Source: Octopus vulgaris
Taxonomy: Eukaryota
DNA length: 64,000 bases
Assembly (NCBI GenBank): GCA_951406725.2
Contig: OX597817.1
Location: 26,102,001-26,166,000, forward strand
Reading direction: 5' to 3'
Shown one piece after another: positions 1-13,363 of this stretch; the stretch's first letter is position 1; every line of letters starts with the position of its first letter. A program made the position numbers and the translations under genes. Under the pieces are notes generated by a model. The model was not told where the DNA came from, did no database searches, and saw only the letters and a program-made list of their open reading frames with translations.

Positions 1-545
1 TGACGTCCGAAAACCTATTTAACATTGAGGAGTTATGCATACGCAGAATAGATAGGAATTTCCTAATAAAAAAATTAGATTTACGCATGTGGGAATTATA
101 AGGGGAGGCTCCTGTTGCTATTGACCATGATAATTTATACTGTATATTTTTGCATTTTAAGTTTGAGGATTTGTGTAGCTAAAGATGTAGGTAGTTTGGT
201 TTTAGTATTAATAAACGAATTCATATGTGCGCTTAAAATCTACAGTACTCCCTACATATATCATTGTTTGGTCATTCTGGGATGTTAACACAACACATTT
301 GTATATGACATTTTTGCGAAGGCAAAATCCTTCAATAGGTATATGACAATTACAAGTATTTCTTTTATTATGCATAGAAAATCGCCCTCATTAGTCTAAT
401 CCAGGTCGACAAGTCATCGGCAAGGGTAAGCCTCATTATATACTGGGGCAACGCTATTAAAAATGTCCTTATCGGAGGAGAGGCTAGAAATTCTCTTACT
501 AATGTTTTTAACTGAATTTTTAAACACTATGGGGGTATGGCAGGA
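1..545 (-). mobile_element. Penelope-like element remnant, internally deleted (RT C-terminus + GIY-YIG endonuclease)
   Basis: Manual minus-strand translation gives KNISKRISSLSSDKDIFNSVAPVYNEA, then CNCHIPIEGFCLRKNVIYKCVV...MIYVGSTVDFKR and HMNSF...TSLA..ILKLK...YKLSWSI...PYN...MLN, with frameshifts. This is the PLE GIY-YIG pattern. Confidence 0.8.
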
Positions 546-549
546 ACCT

Positions 550-1823
550 GCATTAATATATCTAAGTCAATCATTGGGCTTTCTATAAGGCTTATAAATG
601 TTCTTATTTAGATCTGCCCCAGTATATAATAAGACTCTAAAAGATAGTGGTTTTAGCGAGGAAATAACCTATACACCTGCCACCAGTCCAACAATAAAGA
701 AGAGGAAACATAGGAATAGGAAAACCAACTGGTTCACCCACCCTACTCACCCGCGGTGACCTTCAATATAGGTAAGTATTTCTTAGCACTGATAGATAGA
801 CATTTTCCGGTAAACCATACTTACAGAAAGCTCTTCAATAGACACAACTTAAAAATCAGCTTCAGCTCAACTACCAATTTCAAAAATATAATCGCACACA
901 ACACACAAAAACCACAATACGAAACCAGCTGTTCATGCAAGGATGAAAATTTGTGCCCGCTACATGGAGCTTGCATGTCCGAGACCATCATTTATGAAGC
1001 CACCGTGTGACACTATATCCACTAAGGACACGGTTTCGACAAAGAAATACGTGGGCCTTACAGAGGGAAATTTCAAGGCCAGGTTCAATAATCACACATT
1101 GAGCTTCAGGCACTGGGATAAAAGGAAAACGACCAAATTATCCAGTCATATAAGGTCATTAAATGATAAAGGTGTCAGTTACAACTTGCATTGGAAGATC
1201 TTAGCCAAGTGTAAGCCCTACACCAACGGCAGTGGAAAGCGCGGTCTATGTGATATGGAAAGATGGCTCATCTGGAAAAGCAGCTTAGACCCCGCTACAT
1301 GTCTGAATTCAAGAACTGAACTTTTCGGCTCGTGCCAAAATGTGACCAAATATTTGTTACGTTTTTTGTCACTCGAGATTACAGATAGAACTTGCTTTCT
1401 ACGTTGTGTCTACGTACAAGCTTTTTATCTCTTTATACTTTTTACTTATATTTCTTATATATTTTTACATATACTTATATATTTTTTACATATTTATTGG
1501 TTTATAGGTTTATTGCTTATATATTTTTTACACATTTTCCTGTATTTTTGCTTTTAGCCGTTTTTCTTGTGTATGTGCGCATATAGACGTGTGTATGAAC
1601 TTTTTGTGTGCGCGTGTGTATGTGCGTATATAGACGTGTACGGGTATGCGCGTATATAGGCGTGTGTGTGTGTGTGCGTGCATACGGGTATGTGCGTATA
1701 TAGACGTGGTTTACTCTTTACTTATTTTTATACTCCCTTACACCTTTTTTTGCATTGTTACCCTTAGCCCTGTTTTTCTTGTGCTTGTGCGTATATAGAC
1801 GCGTGTATGTGTGTGGGGGATTG

Positions 1824-1856
<33 letters not shown>

Positions 1857-2296
1857 ATGGCGAATGATGTGGGTGAGAATGTGCACGTTTCAAGTACGGG
1901 TCGATGAGTGTATACTTTTAGGCGCATGTACGTGGGTGTGCGGGCGCGCATGTGTAGGTATAGACATGCACGCTTACGCGAATACTAAGAACTTTTTACC
2001 CCCTTACTTTACTTCCTCCCCTCAATTAGCGGTCATTCAAATAGCTCTTTTGTCTTAATAACGATCAATCACACAGTAATTTCCCTTGGTATAACGGTCA
2101 TTTTCATAGCATTTTTTCCGATGGCCATATAACTGAAGAGAGATGGTGGCGTGGATTTCCACCTCTGCTTCCGAAACTCGGAGTTTTATCATGGCTACCG
2201 AATAGTTGTCACATATTACTTTTACAGATAAATTCCTCTATTCACATAATATCGAGGTCTCTTTCATTCTTTTGTTGTCTTACCATTTTTATCAAT
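550..2296 (+). mobile_element. Penelope-like element, 5'-truncated and frameshifted (RT C-terminus, GIY-YIG endonuclease, 3' UTR/pLTR)
   Basis: APVYNKTLKDSG...RNRKTNWF.PYS..VTFNIGKYFLALIDRHFP (ORF 756-1010); CSC...CPLHGAC..ETIIYEATV; KKYVGLTEGNFKARFNNHTLSFR...LC.ME...LNSRTEL (ORF 943-1557). Hammerhead at 2124-2195; ends at (AT)n. Confidence 0.9.
2124..2195 (+). ncRNA. Type I hammerhead ribozyme in PLE 3' end
   Basis: Stem I gccatataa/ttat(c)atggc; core CTGAAGA 2133-2139; imperfect long stem II (aga-ggtgg/ccacctct); GAAAC-tcgga-GTT. Confidence 0.8.
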
Positions 2297-2349
2297 ATAT
2301 ATATATACAGATTTGTTAATCCCCTATACCTTTTTTCACACACACACAC

Positions 2350-2420
<71 letters not shown>

Positions 2421-2449
2421 AAAGAAAGAAAGATAGATAGATAGATAAA

Positions 2450-2489
<40 letters not shown>

Positions 2490-3184
2490 TATAAATATAT
2501 ATGTATGTGTGTGTGTGTGAATGTCTCATCATAATTTAACATCTCTGTTCCATGCTAGCATGGGTTGGGCATATGTGTGTGATAGTGTGTGTACATGTGT
2601 GTGTTAATTAATCTATTATTGTTTTGTTTTTCTCCGTCCATGAAGTTCTTGTATGGAGAGAGAAGTTGTTTACAGATGATTATTATGTAGAGTGTCTCCA
2701 TAACATTGAAACAAAATACTATTAATGCACCAGTAATTTATTTACTAAACTTAATGTGAAACAATGTCAAACATAGAGCTTCAGGTCTGACTGATTGGCT
2801 TTTTGATACATTAAATAACAAAATCTATCTGCAAATCAATATTTGATTACATTATGGTATTTGAATAATTGAATCAATTGGTAAGTACACTTATTTTAAA
2901 ATAATTATCTTAAAATTAAGACAGCAGATGAAATTTTGTACACTGAATAGTTATGACTCTTTGTATTTCGCTATGTGTGTGTGCATGTATGTGCATGTGT
3001 AATAGAGATAGAAATAGGCAAAAAAAGACTACTTACATGGAAACCGGGAGGACTTGGTGACTGGAGGGGCATCCAAATGTAAAATCATGCTTCAAATAGC
3101 TCCCTGTCCAAACACTTACTAGCAGAGAAAAATGGATTGTACTCCAAGAAAAAGAAAAGGCATTCTATATATTCTTTTTATTAT

Positions 3185-3555
3185 TTTATTTGTTTCAGTC
3201 ATTTGAGTGTAAACATGCTGGAGCACTGCCTTTAGTCAAACAAATCGACCCCAGGACTTATTCTTTGTAAGCCTCGTACTTATTCCATCGATCTCTTTTA
3301 CCGAACCACTAAACACACCAACATCGGTTGTCAAGTGATAGTGTGGAGACAAACATAGACACACAAACACACACACACACATACATATATACGACGGGCT
3401 TCTTTCATTTTCCTTCTAACAAATCAACTCACAAGGCTTTGGTCGGCCCGAGGCTATAGTAGAAGACACTCACCTAAGGTGCCATGCAGTGGCACTGAAC
3501 CCAGAACCATGTGGTTGGTTGGCAAGCTACTTACCACACAGCCACTCCTGCACCT
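3185..3555 (-). mobile_element. SINE family A (tRNA head, CORE-like ccttgggcaagt, internal microsatellite; octopus OR2-like)
   Basis: Reverse complement of the copy at 13364-13772. Confidence 0.85.
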
Positions 3556-4229
3556 ATAAGTGCACTAATAAAACGTTTCTTAATTATGTTTGTTATAAGA
3601 GCTTCATTTATAATATAATACCCAATTATATTCATCAATGTATTATGATAGAAATTACTACAACACAACATACACACATACACATGCTATGCAGGCAAGC
3701 ACACATACACACATATATTTACACACATGCACACACACATGTGCAGGTAGAGTGTGAACCACAAACATGCTTACACAAAGAAATAATCGGTATGTGTCCT
3801 ATATTACCATTTGGCACTAAAATCTGAAATTATTTGAAATCAATGTTTAATATGAATTTAGGGGCAAAACATATAAATGTGTGTAAGTATGCGTGTGTGT
3901 GTGAAATTTCTGCCCTTAAAATTTACTGTATGGATTACAATGCATGACATGAGTGTCTTATACACACAAGCACGGACACACACACACACATCAATACATT
4001 CATTAATGCACATGTAGATTTGCACAAGTACAAACCTACATAGATATCTTATATAAGCATATCAACCCATACACACACACATGCATAGTAACCAACACAT
4101 AGATACATGCAAATATGCAGACACATATTCAGACATACAGACAGGTAAATACATATATATTATATGTGTGTATAAAAATTGTACATGAAGGGAAAATCCA
4201 CCAAGTGGTTTTTACCCTATATTTTTAGG

Positions 4230-4274
<45 letters not shown>

Positions 4275-4824
4275 TTTAAATGCATTGTATGTATATATAT
4301 ATATATATATCTGTTAAATGCATTATATGTATATATATATATATTGTCAAAAATTTATAAAACAATATCAGACTAGTGAGAAATATCCAGTTGAAATAAT
4401 ATTCTATCATTAGAGAATGTTTTAGTTGAAATATATAAATATGACTGTCTTTAACGTAATGACTCTGGGTACACATTATTTTCAGCATATAGAATCAATA
4501 TAGATAATTTGTGCCTCAGGGTTTTTCAATATGCCACTAATATTAATTGAATGTAACAAAAAAAAAAAAAAAAGGAAGCCTCATGCTAGAGTTACATTTG
4601 AAAGAGAGTTGTCTTCAAATTTCCTAAATTACATACTTAAGGACCAAGGGGCTCAGAAAAGTTTCGTAAGTATATCTTCTCACATGATTACATATAAATA
4701 AATCTATATCATGCATATACCTATGTGTGTGTATATACATACATATATATATATATGTATGTATATATAACTATATATGTATATATATGTGTGTATATGA
4801 ATGTGTATTTTTTATTTGTTTATT

Positions 4825-4919
4825 TTATCTAGTTTCAGCTCACAAGCTGTGGCCATGCTGGGGCACTGCCATTTGATGAGACCCCAATGGATTAGCAGTC
4901 CATCGCCTTAACCACTCGG
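4825..4919 (-). pseudogene. tRNA-Ser(GCT) fragment fused to a retroposon 3' tail
   Basis: Minus strand reads ccgagtggttaaggcgatggactGCTaatccattggggtctc (D arm, anticodon arm, start of variable arm), then atggcagtgccccagcatggccacagct...gctgaaac, which resembles the SINE A tail. Confidence 0.8.
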
Positions 4920-5028
4920 TATATATATATATATATAAATATGTATGTATATGTATATGTGTGTGTGTTTGTGTATATACACACACATTGCCCATATTTA
5001 TATATTCATATACAAGTATATATATATT

Positions 5029-5071
<43 letters not shown>

Positions 5072-5303
5072 GTGTATATTCAGTGGGCATAATACATTTA
5101 AAAGATAAATACGCATTCTAATCTACAAGGATATAAATAGTTTTACATTTCTATGTTTACAGTTTCAAAGCTCTGTAGATTTGTAAATCCATTCTGTATT
5201 CTCTATTGGGTCTCATTATGCTGTGCAATAAACTTCATCCAACAGTCAGATAGAAAATGTTGAGTCACAAAATTGAACAGAGTTTTATTTGAGACTGATA
5301 TTT

Positions 5304-5347
<44 letters not shown>

Positions 5348-5379
5348 TGTATTTTTTTATCTTTTTTCTTTTTCGTTTA

Positions 5380-5715
5380 ATTGTTTCATGCCAGAACACT
5401 GCCTTGAAGAATAGTAGTTGAAGGATCTAAATGCAGTACTTATTTTCAAAACCTGGTACTTATGCTATAGGCCTTTCTTGACAAGCAGGAAACATAAGCA
5501 TAACAACACTGGTTATCAAGCAATGGTGGGGAAACAATCACAATGACACACACACACATGTGCTGCTTTGCAGTTTTTCATTGCCACTCACAAGGCTTCG
5601 GTCAGCCCAAGGTTGTAATATAAGACACTTCCCCAAAGTGTCCATGCAGTGGGATAGAACCTGGAACCATGTGGTTGGGGAGCAGACCTCTTACCATACA
5701 AGCATGCCTGTGCCT
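5380..5715 (-). mobile_element. Degenerate SINE family A
   Basis: ccactcacaaggctt...gacacttccccaaag...ggaaccatgtggttgg matches the family. Confidence 0.7.
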
Positions 5716-5784
5716 CTGTGTGTGTGTATGTGTGTGTGTGTTTCACTCTCCCTCTGTCTGTCTGACTCTCTCTCTCTCTCTCTG

Positions 5785-5833
<49 letters not shown>

Positions 5834-5940
5834 AATGATATGAGGGAATATTATTCCAAACTTACAGGGAAAAATTCAATTTAGAATTACTTAATCGAAT
5901 TTCACAAAATATAATATATATATATATATATTTATATATA

Positions 5941-6048
5941 ATAAATTCGAAAAAAACCCATCTTTTATCAATTCAATAATTTTTCTAAATGGTATAATTC
6001 AATTTTTCATTATTGAATTGATAAAAGGTGGGTTTTTTTCTAATTTAT
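5941..6048. repeat. Inverted repeat, 40-bp arms, 28-nt spacer, between AT-rich microsatellites
   Basis: 5941-5980 vs reverse complement of 6009-6048, 2 mismatches. Confidence 0.9.
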
Positions 6049-6131
6049 ATGTATATGTATGTATGTATTTATGTATGTAAGTATGTATGTATGTATGTAT
6101 GTATGTATGTATGTATGTATGTATGTATATA

Positions 6132-6183
<52 letters not shown>

Positions 6184-6189
6184 AAGATA

Positions 6190-6580
6190 ATGTGTGGCTC
6201 AAAGCTTGCTTTTCAAGCATGTACTCTCATATTAAATTTCACTTTACCTAGGGTAAGTGTCTTCTGCTGCAGCTCCAAACCAACCAAAGTTTTGCAAATG
6301 GATTTAGTAGTGGAAACTGAAAGAAGCCCATGTGTATGTTGGTATGAGAGTGGGTGGGTGATTGTACCATGTGTGTATGTGTGTGTGTACCCATGTCTTG
6401 ACAGTTGTATTCAAGCATCACTATGACATAAGCAATGTTTGTTTCCAGTCTTGGAGAAATATTACTTTTCTTGGAAACACAGGAATGTCGGTGACAGAAA
6501 AGACATCTGGTCACTGGAAAGCTATCTCAATAAATTCCATCTGACCCATGAAACCTTGGAAAAGTGGAGGTTAAATGACA
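6190..6580 (+). mobile_element. Old SINE with family A head and family C-like tail
   Basis: ggatttagtagtggaaactgaaagaagccc (family A) followed by gacccatg..ggaaaagtggaggttaaatga (family C tail). Confidence 0.6.
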
Positions 6581-6603
6581 ATTGTGATTATATATAAACA
6601 CAA

Positions 6604-6651
<48 letters not shown>

Positions 6652-7566
6652 GTATGTACATACACACACACACATATATTTTCAAATAGAAATAGAAATA
6701 TATATATATATATATATATGCACACACATATATTCATACATAAAGGCAGCCTCCCTCTTTCTCTCTCATACACACACACAAAGTCACAATCCTATATATA
6801 TCTATATGTATAAATGCTTAAATCTAATTTTGAAATTACAGATTTTATAATAAGATCTGAGAAAGCTGTCATTTTTAGATTCTTATTTATATTGTCTATG
6901 AAATAGATTAATCTATTGAATACCATTCCTAAATATTCTTAGTTTATAATTGAATGTTGTCAGTAGGACTGAGATTCCCAATTCTTACTCTACATTCCAA
7001 ACAATATTGCAAAATAAACAAAAACAAATTTAAAAACCAATCTCAATAATCTGAATATGATTTTTGATTTCTTCTGTAGCTGTAGTGGAGTCATTTGTAG
7101 TGGTATTTCTGTGCTCTTTCAACACATCTTTAGTGACAATTCCTTGGAAAACCTATTGTACCATAAATAATTCTTTACTCATTCTTGTAATGTTTATCAG
7201 TTTCTATAATGCATATGTCTGTAAATAGTATATATATTGAAAAATGAGCCGACCAGGGCGCCTCCTACAATGTTACTGAAACAGCTAGAAATAGCAGTGG
7301 ATTATCTGTCTGATAATATGCTAATATTTTTAATATGAGAAAGACACATTAGATAATACTGATATAGATAGCTCTAATAGAGACAGTATTTTCAAAGCTG
7401 GAATGTCTTTGCTCATAAGAATCCTCCATCAAAGGTTCTTTAATGTCAAAGAGCAGCATCAGCAACAATGATGGCATCAACTTAATAACAACAACAACAA
7501 CCTATATTATGACCCAAAGAAGAAGCATATGTGGTTGCTTGACCTGTTAGAAATAATAACCAAATA

Positions 7567-7830
7567 GGCACTCATGCCAGTGGAGCGCTAACAGCTCCAT
7601 CCGAGTGTGATCACTGCCAAAATAGCTGTTTGGCTTCCGTGCCGGTGGCATGTAAAAGCACCCACTACACACTCGGAGGGGTTGGCATTAGGAAGGGCAT
7701 CCAGCTGTAGAAACTCTGCCAGATCAGATTGGAGCCTGGTGCAGCCATCTGATTCGCCAGTCCTCAGTCAAATCATCTAACTCATGCTAGCATGGAAAGC
7801 GGATGTTAAATGATGATGATGATGATGATC
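7567..7830 (+). mobile_element. SINE family C (ggttggcgttaggaagggcatcc body, (GAT)n tail)
   Basis: Shared body and catgctagcatggaaagcggaYgttaaa(gat)n tail. Confidence 0.85.
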
Positions 7831-8326
7831 CTTAAAATAAGACCCTCATGTCTTATAAATAAAAGTATCATTAGGTAATGCAACCCACCCTCTTATATTA
7901 CCTGTTATACTGCGTCACTCAGTCTTCCTGCATACTCTTGCCCCTTTTCTCTTACACATCTTACAAATGAACTGTCAGCCAGATGAGGTTCCCTGATCCA
8001 TCTATGTGAATAATTCACCCAAATGTGGAGCGACACAGACCATGATGATCTCTCCAACAGATGCCAGCATGGAAAGAAGAAGCAAAATGATGATGTATCA
8101 CAGCATCATTATCCTCCACCTCTTTCTCTTCTTCCTTATCATTTTAATGACCATTTTTCTATTCTTGCATGGGTTGGACCAATTTCACTGATTTTCTAAA
8201 GAGAAATGCCCTTTGTGTCACCAAGTAATGTAATATTTCCCCATGACTAGATATGTTTTCACAAGAAACTAGCAATGAAGGACACTGCTTGCATACCAGT
8301 GGCTCTCATTTACAACTAGCATGATA

Positions 8327-8359
<33 letters not shown>

Positions 8360-8363
8360 AACA

Positions 8364-8755
8364 TTACTCTTTTACTAATTTCAGTCATTTGACTGTTGCC
8401 ATACTGGAGCACCGCATTTAGTTAAGCAAATCGACCCCAGGACTTATTCTTTGTAAGCCTAGTACATATTCTATTAGTCTCTTTTGCCGAACCGCTAGGT
8501 TACGGCAATGTAAACATACTAAGTGATGTTGGGGGTGGGGACAAACACAGACACACAAACATATACACACACACATATATATACATATATACGACAGGCT
8601 TCTTTCAGTTTCCATCTACCAAATCCACTCACAAGGCTTTGGTTGACCTGAGGCTATAGTAGAAGACACTTGCCCAAGGTACCATGCAGTGGGAACGAAC
8701 CCGGAACCAAGTGGTTCATAAGCAAGCTACTTACCACACAGCCACTCCTACGCCT
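8364..8755 (-). mobile_element. SINE family A
   Basis: Near full-length match to the family. Confidence 0.9.
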
Positions 8756-9401
8756 AAATATATTCATGTAACTATTTTACATTCTCAGGATGTTAGCAGC
8801 GTCAATTACAAAAGTAATCCATTGGCAAAATGACAGATCCAAAAGTAAATACGTTTCAAGAAATTACAATACTTAAGGAAAAGGCATGCATAATTACTTG
8901 AACATGCTTCCATAGAAATCTGCTTCCACATGAAGGTTTACAAGTGTATAGCATTATTTCTTGATCCTTTACTTATAATATTGTTCCGTTTTGAGGAGAC
9001 AATGTTGAAACAAAGTGGAAAAAAAATGTCAGCAAGAAAAACAACAACAAACAAAAACAAACCTGCAATTAACGAAAATGCAAATGAAAATTCACACATC
9101 ACGCAGGTGTCGTGATGCAAATAGATAACAAGCAGTGTGATTTTTCTGATTGGTGAAAGTAAGTCTAACGTACCCTCAGAGTTCAGTTTCAGTATCACAG
9201 CTTCCGAAATAAGTATATGTAATAAACCGTTCATAATATATAAATAATCTCTTTGTCATTAAAACATGATCTATGAGTCTTATTTATTTTAGGCTTATTT
9301 ATTTTTAATCAAATGTATTTAACTTTTGAATACTTCAGTCTGTGTTGGCATCTGAGAAGAATATGTATATAAGTATGTGTGCCTGTATATACATACATTC
9401 A

Positions 9402-9475
<74 letters not shown>

Positions 9476-9511
9476 CATATATATATATATGTATATATGC
9501 ATATAGATATC

Positions 9512-9553
<42 letters not shown>

Positions 9554-9566
9554 GCATATAGATATC

Positions 9567-9614
<48 letters not shown>

Positions 9615-10338
9615 AAATATATATATACATATATATGTATGTATGTATGCATATATATATTTCTATTATATATATATATTTATACATATATATATATATA
9701 TATATACGTATATACATATATAAAGATACATATACACATATATACATATACATATGTATATATATACACACATGTATATGTATACATATGTATATGTCTG
9801 TGTTTATTTATATATATATTTGTATATATAAACATTTATATATATTTATATATGTACATGTGTGTGTGTGTATAATCAAACACATACACACATACAAACA
9901 CATGCACACACACATATACATGTACATACACACACAAGTACACACGATCATACACATCCTCACTCTTATATTATGTATTATCGTATCTCTCCGTCATTCT
10001 GTTACATTAGTTTTCTGTGTGTTTTCCATCATACTAAAGGAAATATATGTCAAAGTTAAGTACTAAGAACCTCACTGATAAGATGTGGTTCTTACTACTA
10101 AACTTTGATGTAAAATCATGTTGATGATGTCCATGATGATGATGATTGTAATGATGATGATGGTGATGGTGGTGCTGGAGCTGGAGGTGGTTGCTGTAGT
10201 GGCAGTGGTTTTGGTGATGATGATCATGATGATGTCCATAAATATGAAGATTGTGATGATTCTGATCACAAATCCATTCCACAAAAACTCTACATTTGTT
10301 TTTCATTGTTCATACAATTATTACTACTACTATTATAT

Positions 10339-10572
10339 CTGTTTCTTTATTACCCACAAGGGGCTAAACATAGAGGAGACAAACAAGGACAGACAAACGT
10401 ATTAAGTTGATTACATCAACCCCAGTGCGTAACTGGTACTTAATTTATTGACCCCGTAAGGATGAAAGGCAAAGTCGACCTCGGCGGAATTTGAACTCAG
10501 AACGTAGCGGCAGACGAAATACGGCTACGCATTTCGCCCGGCGTGCTAACGGTTCTGCCAGCTCGCTGCCTA
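10339..10572 (-). mobile_element. SINE family B (tRNA head, Meta-domain-like gcctttcatcctttcggggtcgataaa) with 17-bp TSD
   Basis: TSD tactactactattatat at 10322-10338 and 10573-10589; B box gagttcaaattcc. Confidence 0.9.
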
Positions 10573-10639
10573 TACTACTACTATTATATGTACAACTACT
10601 ACTGCTGCTACTACCGTTGTTGCTGTTGTTGCTGTTGCT

Positions 10640-11009
10640 GTTGAGTGAACGGTCTTCGTCCCAGAGCTCGCAAGATGGGAGAAGTTCGAAACATGGTCCT
10701 TTGCTATTCGTAAGACCCGCAGAAGAGAAAGCAGGTCAACCCCCCGACACCGAGAGCATCGACGGATGGATGAATGCGCATCCAGGCTCAGCGGTTGCAT
10801 AGGAAGTTGGGGACAAGAAACAGGAAGAAAGAGAGAGAGAAAGTTGGAGTGAAAGAGTACAACAGGGGTCGCCACCCACCCCCTGCTGGAGCCGCGTGGA
10901 GCTTTAGGTGTTTTCGCTCAATAAACACACAACGCTCGGTCTGGGAATCAAAACCGTGATCCTCCGACCGCGAGACCGCTGCCTTAACCATTGGGCCATT
11001 GCACCTCCA
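10640..11009 (-). mobile_element. SINE family D (tRNA-derived head, (CAA/CAG)n tail)
   Basis: Minus strand starts ggaggtgcaatggcccaatggttaaggcagcgg...ggttttgattccc (A and B boxes); GC-rich body; sits in a ttgctg repeat. Confidence 0.75.
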
Positions 11010-11039
11010 CTTGCTGTTGTTGCTGCTGCTGTTATTCTT

Positions 11040-11790
11040 TGTACTCAGGTTTTGTTGTAACTCCTTGACTGTTGCATACAAAACGGGCTTGCTGCCATGT
11101 AGCCTACAATACCATGCTACATGTTCTTTCCAACTATCTCGCACTTTTCTGATTATTCTGGCAATGCCAAGGAGGTAAAACTTTTGTAACAGTTCTACTG
11201 GGAACTCTATCCCAATTTCCTTTATATTCCTCTTGATGCCTTCTGATACTGTCCCCAAGGACCCAACAATAATTAGTACTATCTTCGCATTCTTCATTTT
11301 CCATAGCCATACTCTTTCAAACTTAAGAGTATTGTGTGATACATATCTAGTTTTTAGCCTTCCTTCTTGACTATTTGTGGGTCAAAGGGGAACACAACAT
11401 CAACTATATATATTCCTTTACTACCCACAAGGGGCTAAACACAGAGGGGACAAACAAGGACAGACATAGGTATTAAGTCGATTACATCGACCCCAGTGTG
11501 TAACTGGTACTTAATTTATCGACCCTGAAAGGATGAAAGGTAAAGTCGACCTCGGCGGAATTTGAACTCACAACGTAATGGCAGACGAAATACCGCTAAG
11601 CATTTCGCCTGACGTGCTAACGTTTCTGCCAGCTCGCCGCCTTTAACATCAACTATATAGCACCCATGGTGCATCTTGTCCCCCACCACTAGATCAGGTC
11701 TGTTATGCTCTAGCACCTGATCTGCTTGGAGCAGGAAATCCCACACGATTTTTCAGGTCTCCAATCCTGCCACACTCTGTGATTTGTGTA
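11040..11790 (-). mobile_element. R4/Dong-like non-LTR 3' remnant (restriction-like endonuclease), interrupted by a SINE
   Basis: WDFLLQADQVLEHNRPDLVV.DK..CYIVDV and IIVGSLGTVS...ELLQK..LLGIARIIRKV. Confidence 0.85.
11411..11644 (-). mobile_element. SINE family B with 15-bp TSD
   Basis: TSD aacatcaactatata at 11396-11410 and 11645-11659. Confidence 0.92.
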
Positions 11791-11879
11791 CTCTTGTTTA
11801 ACATAGTAACTTTGCTGAATATCTTTCCAGTGTCATCTTCCTACAGCCAGTGGACTAAGGTAACACGTTCAATTCTGAT

Positions 11880-12660
11880 TTAGAAAACTCTGCAGAAGAT
11901 TCATAGAGTTTCAAGCAACACTGTTTCCTGCAGATTCTCAATCATCATATTTGTCTCAATCTTTCCCTCCAGTTTGTGAGCTTCATATTTATTGTATGTA
12001 AGGCTATGACAATAACAGTTATGACACTCGTCTTATTCATAAACCACAGTTTTACTTTAAATCATCTTAAAAGATCTTCTTCACCTTTTTCAATCATAGG
12101 GCATGCAATATCTATGATTAAACAAGTTTTCTCTTTTATTTACAACTTTCATGATTACACCAGCTTTCCTGATCACACCAAATCATTACCTCCCATGGCA
12201 TCTTTACCTTGTCGTTCTTAAGCGCTACTTTTGGGGTTTGCCTATACCACATCTTTGCTCAATCAAATCCATGCCTGCCACTCAGCTCCAAATGAATCAT
12301 TCTTTCAACACAACCACTTCTTCTTTTGTAATCATTTTTGGTCTGCTTTTTGTATAGAATCACAATACTCCATGCAGTTACACCGTTATCATTGCTTACT
12401 TTTCACATGTCACATTCTACTGTATTGTCAGCATTGCATGAGGTATAATTTGTCATAAGCACTCATTCCTGAGCAGCACAGATAAGTCTTTCTGTGTCTA
12501 ACTTCAAATCATTCTTCCTTACTCAATACTACCTTTCATCAGCATCTGTTTTCCTGCTCACGTCTCTCACAAATTGCCTGTTCATCTTTTTTCCATTTCA
12601 TTTTTCTTCTGTCTTTTTTACTCCTTTTTTTCTTCTTTATATTCACCTGTCTCTCATTAA
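11880..12660 (-). mobile_element. Second, more decayed R4-like remnant
   Basis: Minus translation RQFVRDV...RKNDLKLDTERLICAAQE, a motif upstream of the CCHC in R4-clade elements; many stops. Confidence 0.65.
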
Positions 12661-13363
12661 GTATTAAAAATGTTTTGATCCTATTGAATGAATAATTGAA
12701 TCCTTAGGGTATTTGTGAACATTTAACATGTTCTTTTCTCTTTGATACAGCTGAGACATTTTCACCAGAAGCTTTCAGTTCCATCTGAACTTTATGTACA
12801 AAAGATCATGCAACATTTAGAAAGCTGTCACTTTCTGAATCATTCTGTTGTGCACATGTGGCAACAATGACTGCATGTCTTTCCATTTATTGTGTTAGCA
12901 TTTTATCTGATTTGGTTAATCAGAAGGAAATAAAAAAAACGTTTTTAATTGGTTGGAAGAAAACAGAACAGAGATAATTGTCTTCAAGTCTTCATATACC
13001 TCTGGCACCCTGTATACATATATATATATACATTTGTGTGTGTGTGTGTGTGTGCGTGCAGGCATGCGTGTGTGTGTGTATGTATGTGTGAGAGAGAGAG
13101 TGTGTGTGTGTGTGTGTGTGTGAATTACGTTCTTTTATGCAAATATTGACTTAACTTCTATTTCTTAAAAGCTGACAAAATCTAGTACCTGACAGAGTAA
13201 CGGTGTTGATATAGTCAACTAAAATCCCCTGAACAGTGCCCCAGCTTGGCCACATATAACTATGTAAACTAGCATAACACAAAGAAAAAATAAGCAAAGT
13301 TAAGCCTGTAAAATCACCATTAAATGCACTTTTGATACCATAGACAATTTGAAAACAAACATA

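Noticed and set aside
4878-4919. Functional tRNA-Ser gene
   Set aside because: Acceptor stem and T arm/B box are absent; kept only as a fragment.
8930-9234. Unique-looking ORFs on both strands, possible host exon
   Set aside because: No recognisable domain or convincing splice context.
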